From Guillardia theta CCMP2712 (Eukaryota > Protista > Cryptophyta), in NCBI RefSeq assembly GCF_000315625.1, contig NW_005434670.1:682016-746015 (forward strand): DNA of 64,000 nucleotides, read 5' to 3'. This document shows positions 48,704-59,441 of this stretch, one piece after another. The position numbers were made by a program, and so were the translations under genes. The notes below the pieces were generated by a model. The model did not search any database. It saw only the letters and a list, made by a program, of their open reading frames with translations, and was not told the origin of the DNA. Within the stretch, counting starts at the first letter, position 1. Every line of letters begins with the position of its first letter.

Positions 48704-49165
48704 AAGGGGAGGAAGGAGAAAGAGAGGAAGGAGAAAGAGAGGAAGGAGAAAGAGAGGAAGGAGAAAGAGAGGAAGGAGAAAGAGAGGAAGGAGGAGAAGG
48801 AGAGGCAGGAGAAGGAGAGGCAGGAGGAGAAGGAGAAGGAGAAGGAGAGGAAGGAGAAGGAGGAGAGCGAAGAGCAGAGCAAGGGAAGGAAGAGCGAGGA
48901 GGAGGAAGAGGAGGAAGAGGAGCGTCAAGTGAGGGAGCCTGAGAAGGAGAGCCAAAAGGAGGAGGACAACGACATTACAGGAGTTGCGGCCAAGAGAATG
49001 AAGCTTGCCAGAGAGAAGCCAAGGGCGGAGCGAGTTGTGAATTTACCCGAGGAGCAGGCAGCGAAGGAGAAGGGCAGCGAAGGAGAGAAGACGACAAGCT
49101 TGCCGCGAACTGCTCAGATCCCCAGGAAGAAGAGGAAAGCGCCCATCATCACCAAGCCCAAGTAG
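47467..49165 (+). CDS. Two Tudor/Agenet-like domains with an acidic (DE) and KER-repeat tail; possibly the same gene as the WD40 region
   Basis: FEVGQK|VLALYKNGDWYEAEV..|WDDGD and FAIGMK|VMGLYKNGDWYEAEI..WADGD; coding (GACGAG)n and 15-bp (KEKER)n repeats; basic C-terminal NLS-like PRKKRK. Confidence 0.72.
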
Positions 49166-49234
49166 TGGAAGAGTAGAAGAGGAGGGGACAGCAGCCCGCG
49201 GGTTCTCTTCTTTATAATCTGACATACGACAAGT

Positions 49235-52200
49235 TTAAGCTGTGACCGCTTCCTCCTCGTTCTTGCTTGGCTCGACCCATCGGCCGTTCTCCTTGATGAG
49301 CTCGATGAGCTCGTCGCAGGCCTTCTCGGAGGGGATGGCCTTCCTCACCAGCTCCTTCCCCACATACAAGTCGATCTTCCCCGGGGCTCCGCCCACGTAG
49401 CCGAAGTCAGCGTCCGCCATCTCTCCAGGCCCGTTGACGATGCAGCCCATGACGGCGATGGTGACGCCTGGCAGGTGCCCGGTGGCCTTGGAGATCTGGT
49501 CCGTCACAGTCTGGAGGTCGAAGAGGGTGCGGCCGCAGGAGGGGCAAGAGACGTACTCGGTCTTGGTGTTGCGCATGCGGCAGCCCTGCAGGAGGCCGAA
49601 GGAGCTCAGGCGGAGGAAGTCGAGGGGGAGTGGGGCCTGCATGAGCACGCCATCTCCGTTGCCATCGACGAGGGAGCAGCCGACCTCGGAGCCAGTGAGG
49701 AGGACGACGTAGTCGCGGGACTTGTCGGCACCGAAGACGATGTGGTGGATGACGGGAGTGTCGATGCTGTTCTCCTTGAGGAAGTTGAAGACTCTCCTCG
49801 ACGCGTGGACCCTGCTCACCTCGTCCGGCACTCGCAGCAGCAGCATCACCGCCTCCGAGCTCTTGAGCTTCGCCAGCTCCTCGTCCGACTCGTCGCCCCT
49901 CACTGTGAGCGCGTAGCGGATCGCTCCGTCAGGAAGCTTCGCGCCCTTGCTGGGCATCTGCTTGAGGTCGTAGACGGCGATGGCGTTGGGGATAGGCCTT
50001 GCCTGAAGCTCCTGGGCCGGGCACAGCACGCCAACTCCCACCTCCTGCAGGCGGCGAAGAGCCGTGCGCTCCTTGCTGGCGTCCATGGCGGGGCTCTGCT
50101 GGAGAAGGATGGAGTCGCTGGTGGCGAGGTCCTTGAAGGGCATGCCGACGGCAGTCTTGCAGCCCAAGTTGTAGTAGAGCTTGTCCGGGCTCGCGAGATC
50201 CTCCAGCGAGACAGCAGAGATAACGCTCCCGTCCCTTCACAAGTTTCAAGAGGGAGAGGAGAGGGAGAGAGAGCAAGGAGGCGGGGAAGAGGAGAGAGCA
50301 GCGAGAAGGAGGAGGAGCAAGGGGAGGGTAGGCTGTTTTACCTGTGGAGGACGTTGCGGATGTCGATGGGGTCACTTTCGTGCTGGAGGGGGAGCTGACC
50401 CTGACGCTGCGAGAATGACATGAAGTTCCTGTTATGAGAATGAGAGGATGTGATTGGAACGAAACGCGAGGAGGACACGGGGGAGAGGAGGAGAAGGAGG
50501 TGAAGAGAAGGCGGAGGGGAAGAAAAGGAGGAGTTGGTGGCGGTAGACCTTGTCGTCTCCTTCCAGGTGGGGACAGGGGTCCAGATCTTGTCCTTCTGGT
50601 TCATGGCGATGTCTCGCAGCTTCGTGCAGGGCTCAAGCTCGAACCTGTAAAACTTCTCAGCTGCTGAAGCAGGAGGAGCGAAAGCAGGTGTAGGAAAGAG
50701 AAAATGAGGCGAGGAAGGAAGAAGGGGAGGTTGAGTGAGCAAGCGGGAGCTACCATGGATCCTCGGTCAGAGAGACACGGATCGTGTCGCCAAGTCCATC
50801 CTGCAGCAGAGACCCGATGCCGATGGCGGACTGGCTGCAAATTGAGCGGCTCCTCTCGAGCTATTGCTCTTCCTCCTCACCTTCATCCTGCCGTCCTCGC
50901 CCTCTCCCGCTTCCGTCACACCCAAGTGCATGGGGTAGTCCCACCCCTGCCAGTCTCCTCACACGCAGCCACCAGGAGCCAACCAGACTCACGAGGTCGT
51001 ACATCTCAGCTGCTAGGAGGCGGTAGGCTTGAACCATAACCTTGGGGTTCGAAGCCTGTCGGGGTGATCAGCTGATACTCCTCCTCCCCTTCACTTCTCC
51101 ACTTCCTCTCCTCCCTCGCTCATCGAGTCTATCCTGCTGCTAGACGTCTTTGGTCACCTTCATAGAGAAGAGGAAGTTGTGATAGTCGTGCTTCCTGCAG
51201 ATGCGCGCAAACTCGAATGCAGACTCAACCTGAAGCAGGGACGTGAGCCATCCAAACGCCTTCCCTCCTCCTCCTCTCCTCCTCTGCCTCCTCCTCCTCT
51301 TGTTTTTCCTCGTGTCTCACCATCCCAGCGGGAGTGTCGCCATAGTAGCTCAGGGTACGAGCAGAGAGGGATCCATGGTTTGTTCCGATTCTCATTGCGC
51401 GCCTGTTCCAACCACAGCATTACATTACCTTCTCCTCCTCCTCCTCCTCTTCCTCATCGTACCCGAGCTCCTTGCACTTGAGCACGAGGGGAGTGAAGAC
51501 TTCCTCGATGTAATCCAGCTCAGCCTGTTCTCGCATCAGCATCGCAGCAGCAGGAAACAGAAACGAGGGGGGGAAAGGTGAAAATCCGTGATCAAGACGG
51601 AGAGGAAACAGAAAGGCAAGGGAGAAGCCGGGGAGAGGTGGGAGCTAGAGTAGACCTTGTAGTCCTCAGGGTTTTCGTAAGTGATCTCCTCAAAGCTCTG
51701 AGAGGGAAGGAAAGATGTTAAACTCTACAACAGTTGGTCCTACCGCCGCCATCTCCTCTTCGTCCTTCACCTCCCTCTTCCTCTGTCACCCCCTCCTCTA
51801 CGTACCTTCCTGCCATCCGCAAAGTTTCCTGGATTGATGCGAATCTTGTCAAACGCATCTGCAACCTTGAGGAAGAAGTAAGCTCAAGGAACAAAGACAA
51901 CTGCAAAGACAGCACGCCCTCTATCTTCTCACCTGCAGCGCAATCTTGGGAGCAAAGTGAATGTCCGCCACCAAAGGGGTTGTGTATCCTGCAAACAGCA
52001 CGTCGGTGAGCCTTACAAGTCTCCAAGTTGCTTTCGTGCACCTTTCTTCAACAATCCCTCCTTGATCTTGCTGCATGCATCTGGTGAAACAGGCCCTCAG
52101 TCCTGCCCTCCTCCCCCTCCCCCTCCTCCGTGTCTTCGTCTGCTCGTCCAAGTCTCCCTTAGCCACCTCATGAGTTGTGCGTACCGGCTTCACGTTGCCC

Positions 52201-53100
52201 TTGCACGGTCAAGCGGACAAGTTGGGCTCCTGCAAACCCATTGAGAAGACAATGAAAAGAAAATCTCGTGGAACGAAGAGCGTCAGGAGGAGGATGAGAA
52301 TCAGCAGCAAGAGAACGACCATGATTAGGGGGAGGAATGAGAATCAGGATGGGTAGAAGGAGGAGGAGGAGGAGAAGGAGAAAGGGTAGGAGGAAGAGAA
52401 AGAAGAGGATGAAGATCAGGAGGAGGAGGATCAGAGCAGAGAAGGCGGTCACCTGCGTCAGCGCATCGCATGACCTGGTCGATACTTCCCTGGGGTCAAG
52501 GTCAGAGAGCCCGCAGCTCTTCTCTTCCCGCACCCACCTGAATGTCAGTCGTCATCGCCGTCGTCATCGTCTGCAGGGCGATCGGATGTTCACTGCCGAT
52601 GGGGACCTATAGAGCCCAACGGCACCAGTCACGCATGCTCAAGACGAAGGCGAGGCGCGTACGTCTCCGCACTGGACGGTTCTTGTCTTGCGCCTGGTGG
52701 TCTTGTACACAGAGTCGCAGTAGCTCAGCAGCTCCTTCGTCTTCTGCATCCTCTGCGGGCGGCAAACGTTTCAGCGACTGTAGCCACCAAGGCAGCTCTC
52801 TCCACCTCCTCCATGGCATTGGAAGACATGGTCAGGGAGCATTTCTTCTGAGCCCTGCTGCCTCCCACCGAGAATCTGCAGCAAGCATGAATACATCTGC
52901 GAAGCCTTGCTGCCAACCAGCATGTTGCACTACTGACCTATTCGTGCAGGGATTCAACGACGGGGAGAATCCGAATGCCATGGCGGGCTGCATGGTGTCA
53001 GGGCGATCAAGAGAGCAGGGGATGCAACGACATTGCAATTGAGCACCTGCAAGTAAGCTGCAGCAATGACAAGCAAGCAAACTGTCGATGTGGATGACAT
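49235..53100 (-). CDS. ispG: Plastid-targeted (E)-4-hydroxy-3-methylbut-2-enyl-diphosphate synthase (HDS/GcpE), long three-domain form
   Basis: Fe-S motifs [17 protein letters not shown] and [24 protein letters not shown]; [13 protein letters not shown]; bipartite leader [18 protein letters not shown]|PAMA-FGF from the ATG at 53100. Confidence 0.95.
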
Positions 53101-53394
53101 CGGGAGCCTGGCAAGCAGATCATCAAAACCGGCACATCCTGTTTGCGCTCTATGAGGATATTATGCGAGCGTAACGAGAAAGTGTGATGACTGGACGGCA
53201 TGGGCAGGGTGGGCGTGCAACAAGGACAGCATGTTGCATCAGAGCGGCGCCATCTCCCCCCTCCCCTCCCGCCATCTTCCGCCTCTTACCTCCTGCCGCG
53301 TCTTGTGGAGGCCATGAGGAGGCCGAGACGCGTCAGTGGGAAAGACGGGCCAACCCCTACATCTGTAGAAAACCGCTTACAGAATCCGTTACGC

Positions 53395-54170
53395 CGGCCC
53401 GGGTACTTGAAATGATACCCGGCCGTCAAGTTAAGTTACGCTGCAAGCCTGAGTGGACTGAGTGAGTCACTCAGTACCGGGCCGGGTGTGACCGTCTGAG
53501 TCACCGGCACTCGGCGGACACGGTGACTCGGAGAGTCACGCGGCGCGGCCTGGTGGGGGCCGCGGCAAGCCGCTCGGAGTCGAAGGGCCCCTCAGTCACC
53601 GTGTAAAGTAACTTCGGGGCCTGAACTTCAGTTGCCGGCGCCCGGCGGTTGCCGCACTGCACTCAGCCTGGCTGGCGCGGCGGCCCGTGGGACGGCCCGC
53701 CCGGGCCAGCCGCGCGGGCCGGCACCGAAGCCCGCCCCTCAGACCCGGCGCCAGTGGCAGCCCGGCGCGCGAGAAACTTAGTTGGTGACTCCGGCGGCGC
53801 GGCTACCGGGTCCCTCACTGAGTCCTGCTAAGCTGCCGACCCGCCCGGTGCCGCGGTGCCAGGACTCAGGGCCCCGTCTCCCAAACTTAACTTCAAGTCA
53901 GTACTAGAAGTACTGTGACTCTCATGGCATGATCATAGTACTCGGATATTCACTTACTTCGCGCACTGGCAGGCCGTGACAATGATTCCCCGGCCGCCCG
54001 GCGCGCGGCCGCCATGCCCCGGCGGCGGACAGTCCGACCGGCGGATCAGCAGTGTACCGTGACCGGCGCGAGTGACGTACGGTCCGAGTCACACCGAGCG
54101 GAGTCACACAACACGGTATGCCACTCCGGCGGCGTCAGTAACTGACCATGATGGCTAGTACGGCCATCCT
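53395..54170. promoter_or_regulatory. GC-rich palindrome-rich island upstream of ispG, with an inverted AAGTTAAGTT/AACTTAACTT pair
   Basis: AAGTTAAGTT at 53428, AACTTAACTT at 53884; hairpin ACTGAGTGA-G-TCACTCAGT at 53457-53475; many GAGTC/GACTC and CCGG words. Confidence 0.45.
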
Positions 54171-54526
54171 ACGAGGGTATTCCCTCGGTCGATTCAGTGG
54201 ACCAGATAAGAACAGGTTCCTCCCAAGCACACAGGGGAGCATGGAACGACTTCGGTGTGTTTCTACGAGAGCACTGCTGGGTGCAATCCGCCGCTGAGTG
54301 CGGAAAGGCGATAGGAGCACAGTGTTGTTACATCGCATGTGTTCTGACTCAAATGTTCATTAATGCACATTCACAGAATATCAAGGATCATCAGCTATTG
54401 AGGCCATCTGAACAGTGGTATCCAATGATATTTGCAGACAATTAATAAATGTGTTTTCGGTTCCGGTCATTTATCAATAATTACAAAAGGTTTTCGAGAA
54501 AAAATTAACATCAGAAAAGAATCGGT

Positions 54527-55152
54527 TTACTTCTTGGATGATGCAGAGACCTGGGTGGGGCCCTTGGACATGAGGCCAAGAGTCTCAGCCTTGATCTGCT
54601 CAGCGAAGCCAGTGTCGGGCTCGAGCTACACAAGCAAATCAGCGCACGTCCTCAGGACAGAACCAAGCATCCCACCTTTCTCAAGACGACCTTGACAGCC
54701 ATCTCGTCGTTGTTGTCACCAGCAGGGGATCCCTCGTACTCTCCAGCACCACGTGGGCATCCGCGAGCATCAAAAATGGTGATGATGGGGGTGTAGCTAT
54801 CGGCGGGCATCTTGGCGGCAGCGGAGGCCTGCTGAACGCCTCCGAGGAAGGGAGCGACGGCACCGGCCAAGGCAGCGCCCTGCACAACCTGTCTCCTATC
54901 CATGGACATGGACATGGTAGTTCCAGTGCGGAGGGCAGGCTGAAGAGAAAGTGAGATTGGCTCAATGGCTTCCAGCCAACATGTGCACTGCACAGCAACA
55001 TAGCAGCATGCATGATGCAATGAAGATGTCTGAAGATTCGAAATACACAATGGCATGGTCTGCTACAACATATCCACTATGATCACCTGGAACGCCGGAG
55101 CAAAGGCAGCGGCGGAGGCAACCATGGCAAGAGGAAGAGCAGCGCGGAGCAT
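54527..55152 (-). CDS. cpeA: Cryptophyte phycobiliprotein (phycoerythrin) alpha subunit
   Basis: 3 exons (55152-55087, 54939-54676, 54625-54527): signal MLRAALPLAMVASAAA-FAP, Tat motif DRRQVV..QQASA, mature AKMPADSYTPIITIFDARGCPR..EYEG..GDNNDEMAVKV. Confidence 0.93.
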
Positions 55153-56119
55153 GACGGTGGTGAAGAGTGAATGACGGTGGTGAAGGTAAATAGAAACAGA
55201 GGGAGCGGGAGGTAGGGTCATAAAAATGAAAGATCATGGATAGGGTCCCTACCCCTACCAGATGTCAGTGGGTAGATCGATTCCTTTCCTAGGAAGATGG
55301 TGGGCACCCCATCTGGTCGATTCGGCAATATCACAAGAATTTGGCGTCAGGTAGGATGTATATGCAGTTTATTTAGAGGCTCAATTAGAAATCGTGAGAG
55401 CCAAGTATACTGGGTGGGAGGAGGTTATGCAGCACCGTTAGGGGTTACATCTCTCTCACACTCGGGTGGGTAGTCGACTGGAGAAGAGTCATTTTTCGAG
55501 TCCTGGGGTAGGTTCTGCTATCGTACGGGTATGATGGTCTACTTTTGTCATAATGGGGTGGTATTGAATTTGGTGGGGTAGGGGAGTAGATAAGGACTCT
55601 GCAGAGGGGTCAAATATGTGGTCGAATATGTGGTTTATGGATTTTGAAAGGGGTTATGAAGGAGTAGGGTGGGTGAATGTACCTCCATGGATTGAAGGAG
55701 CGATCTTACAGGGGTAGTTCGAAATTTTTCAAGGGGTAGGGGTGGGTTCCGCAGGGGTTGGGCAGACGACCGGTCCGTTTACGCGTCACAAATGTGATAA
55801 CGGAATAACTTGTTATTTATAATAAATTTAGTTTTTGTGTTGTACCCCCAACTCATCTGTAATCATTCTTGTACCATCAAAGATCCCAAGGACCGGTTAT
55901 CACCCCGTCCCCCATTGGAGGGGTTTAATAATTTTTTTTTAAATAATTAATAGAGCTCAATCAGGATCGGGGGCCGAATGCTTAATATTCAATAATAGTG
56001 TAACTAGCAGATATAATTGTTATTTTCATAGAAATTCCGTGAGTAAGTTTGTTGTTAATGAATATATCGCCTATTCTTCCACCGAGGGCTATCAGAAACA
56101 TGTCAGATCGACCGAATCG

Positions 56120-56585
56120 AGTCGTTTACTCAAAGTTAAGTTAAAAATCAGTCCACCGGACGGGCGTCCCGGGGGGGCCGGGCCGCCGGGCGGCACCGGG
56201 CTACCTTAACTCTCACTGTCACTGAGTCCCCGTGGTCAGTGACTCGACTCGACTCGCCGCTGGATCGCTCAGACTCTCCGGGGCCCGAGGCGGCCGGCTG
56301 CTAGCACGGTAAGCAGAGAGTCTCGCCCACTCCAGGTTCAAGAGTCTAGGCTTGGCCACGCCGGGGGCAGCGGCGGCTCCGATCCGAGCGTCGGACCGCC
56401 CGGCCGGCACTCCGGCGAAGGCTCTGAATGCCGCGCGGCCAGTCCGGCCGGCGCCCGCCGGGCCCGGCGGTCGCCACTGAACTTGGCAGTGGCGAGTCAA
56501 GCGGCCGCCAGTCCGATCTTTCCTTTACTCAAAGCCTGGTAAGTTAGTGTCCTCAGTGGCAAGCGTCAATTTTGAGTAAAAGTTT
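56120..56585. promoter_or_regulatory. GC-rich island bracketed by TTTACTCAAA / TTTGAGTAAA within AT-rich flanks
   Basis: Begins with a 21-bp sequence identical to 29260-29280; inverted decamer at 56571-56580. Confidence 0.45.
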
Positions 56586-57651
56586 CCAGGTTTAAAACGG
56601 GAGAGTTCTTGCTGACCTGTTGTAATAAAGTGACATGTGTACCAACTCTAATAGAAGTTTCGATCAAACCTGAAATATTTGGATCTATATTGAAAGAATG
56701 AGAAAACAAATCTCCAAAACATTTTGCGACTTCCTCGAATGTTCTCAGAGTTTTAATTGTCATCTTTTTAAATTTTGGTTTTGGAGATTTTCAAGTGTTG
56801 TGGATACAGCGTTCATTTGTGTACCTGATACCCTACGAAAATCCAGGAAAAGTTGGGATTAAAGAGGGGTGGTGATGATTCAAAAATTGATTTTCAGTTT
56901 CGTTCTAATCAATTTTAGGGAAATCTCGGGATCATTTCGACCACCTAGGTGGGGTAGTGTAATCCCCACCAAAGTCCCCACGGTAGGGTTCAGGGGTCAG
57001 GTTGACCTGGAGAGTGTGGTCTTGTGGGGGTAGGTCATGGGAGGTTTGGAGGGGTTTCCTTGTAAAATCGAGTGACAGGCGAATTCAAACAAGGGGTGGG
57101 TGGATAGACAAGTAGCAGTAGTAGTGGGGGTTTTGGGGGTAGTGGTAGTGGGGTTGCTTTACAACAGTACGTGAAACAAAATCCTCATATCGCACTTTTA
57201 GCAGAAGGGCGGGGGTGGGGTCCTGAGAACCTTTGGTGGATGGGTGGGGTCAGCCGGGGGGGTCGTTGTAAAAATCTTGGGGTTCCCAACCACCCCCAAC
57301 TTCGTCCTGATATGGTACCCCTTAACTGTTTCTTCAGGCTTCTTGGGCAAACCACCGGTAGTTCTCATGATGGGGGTGGGCCATGGTGGAAAGTACAATC
57401 AGGTAAGCCGGAGAAAGTGTTGAGGGAGGAGGGAGGAAGGGAGGGGAAGAGAGGGTTGAGCAAGGAAATGAAGTTCCGATGATTGATCAGAAACTTGTGA
57501 TTCCATCTCAAACGGCGAGTTTCCTTGAAATGAGCCAGATCAATCAAACTCTGGTCATTCCCCGGATTGGGCAAGAAGGCTTTGTGAATGCATGTGCTTG
57601 TTTGTGTTGATTTTTTCACGTCAAACTTAGATGAGCATACGATGAAGTAAC

Positions 57652-59363
57652 ATGCGTTTTGACAGGGACGTCAAGATGACGATGGCACGATACCACCCGT
57701 ACTCAGATAGTCCCACTTCGAGATCGGAAAAATCAAGAATGGAAAAGGCAGAACAACGAAAACGAACTCGGCTTTTGATCGAAGCACTTGATCCCCTTGT
57801 GCCTGTATTCTCTAGAACCTGTACGGCAGAAAAGGGAAGCTTGAGATCGAAACGAACTCTTTTACAACTGCAGGAGGATACTGTTTTCTTTCTCAAGAGA
57901 ATTACACGCAAGAAAGCCACCAGGCATGATTATGTAGATTGCGATGTCATGCGCGAAGGCATGTTGTCGAGTAGCTTCATTATATTAGTTGAGTTGGATG
58001 TGACAACGGGTGAAATCATACAATGCAGCAATGGGCTTAGCAGGTGGTATCAGCTTCACCCATCAGAAATCATCGGGCAAAACTTTGCTCATTTCCTCGA
58101 CACCAATGATGTACATAGGTTCAAGAATTTCTTGCGACTCTCTGCAAGCAAAACGACAGCAAAAGGAATCAGAGTCAAGCTTCTGACGTTTGGATCCAAG
58201 TGCTACGAGCAGCTCGAATGCACAGTTAAGGCTGTGCAAGACCCTGTCAATGGGCGGTCTGTGTTCCTGCTGAGTTTCGATGAAGAGGCACCCAAGAATC
58301 CCGACTGCTTCCCTCTTTGGAGTCCTTGCCTTCTGCGCGGGATGTCGGGGATCTTCAGGTTTGACGAGTCACAGTCGTCAGGTCCTCCTACGGATGTTGA
58401 CGGACAGATGCGGAAGTTGAGCAGGAAGGGGAATGCGGAGCTGGGTTGGTGTCAGATTGGTGTGAGCTCCCTCCTCAAGACTGAGTCTGCTCGGGCAATG
58501 CTAGACAGACTGGGAGGAGAGAACAGGCAAGCGAGCTCGATCAGCTCGGCGTTCATGCGGCTGGTGATGAAAATGGTGGAGATGCACCTTACTTTCGACT
58601 TCAACTCCCACGACGTTCCCTTCGTCGCCATGCACGCGCGTCTGAAGCTCCCGAGAGTGCTGGGATCGTTGCGAACTCCATGGTATTCCCCTTCCCCTCC
58701 TCACCTCTTTTTCCTCGCCTCCTCTCTGCTGTCATCTTTTACTGCGCTCATGCTCGCTGCTGCCAACCCCTCGTGCCTTCTCTCTTCTCTCACAGTCTGA
58801 CCTTGTCATTGAAGGGTCGAGGTTCTACACACAAGCCTTGATGGAGCTCCCGTGGAAGGGTTTCTCACGTTAGCTGGGACCCAGCTGCGCTTCTTTGCGC
58901 ATAGGAATTCTGCTCCTGGCTCGCTGCATGTCACAGGTGCAGACGTTTTCCCCTGCTGCGTGCGGTGGGGAGAGGTTGAGAGGTGACATTGTCGTTGTCG
59001 CAGGAGCGCACTATCGGCAGGAAGAAGGCGTCTGGAAGTGCTATCACACGCGAACATGGATCATCACCCCTAACAAGTCACGGATCTACGGGCAGATCTT
59101 CCGTGACCTCGATGACAAGCCTTATCAGTTCGAGCAGGTCTGCAGAACCCCCTCCTCCTCCTCGTCTCCTCCTCCTGCCCCGCCCGGTCCTTTCGGTCCC
59201 GAAACAGGGTGCACAGTGTCTCACCCTCTTCTCACGTGGCTGCCTGCCCCTCCCCCTCTCCTGCTGTACCAGTTGTCGCTCCTCCTCTCCTCACGTTCAC
59301 TCGCAGACCTTCGTTCGGGTGGAGGACCCCGATCGCTCTCTGATGTGTAAGTATGTGGTATAG
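57652..59363 (+). CDS. Divergent bHLH-PAS-like transcription factor with an additional C-terminal beta-rich domain
   Basis: Basic/helix 1 KAEQRKRTRLLIEALDPLVP; helix 2 KRTLLQLQEDTVFFLKRI; PAS ILVELDVTTGEIIQCSNGL..SEIIGQNFAHFLDTND; spliced C-terminus ending QFEQ|TFVRVEDPDRSLMCKYVV. Confidence 0.7.
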
Positions 59364-59441
59364 CAGGTAGACGTGTAAATATTCCTCAAACCGTGTGGTC
59401 TTGCTGTAGCCCATCCATCCTTCCTCTCGTCTTTATTCCCT

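Noticed and set aside
53395-54170. Structured RNA gene (tRNA/rRNA/snRNA) in the GC islands
   Set aside because: No cloverleaf, box motifs or conserved rRNA/snRNA sequence recognised; an Infernal/Rfam search would settle it.
49235-55152. Metabolic gene cluster (ispG, cpeA, MPBQ methyltransferase)
   Set aside because: The isoprenoid-related genes are over 40 kb apart with unrelated genes between, and plastid-targeted genes are common.
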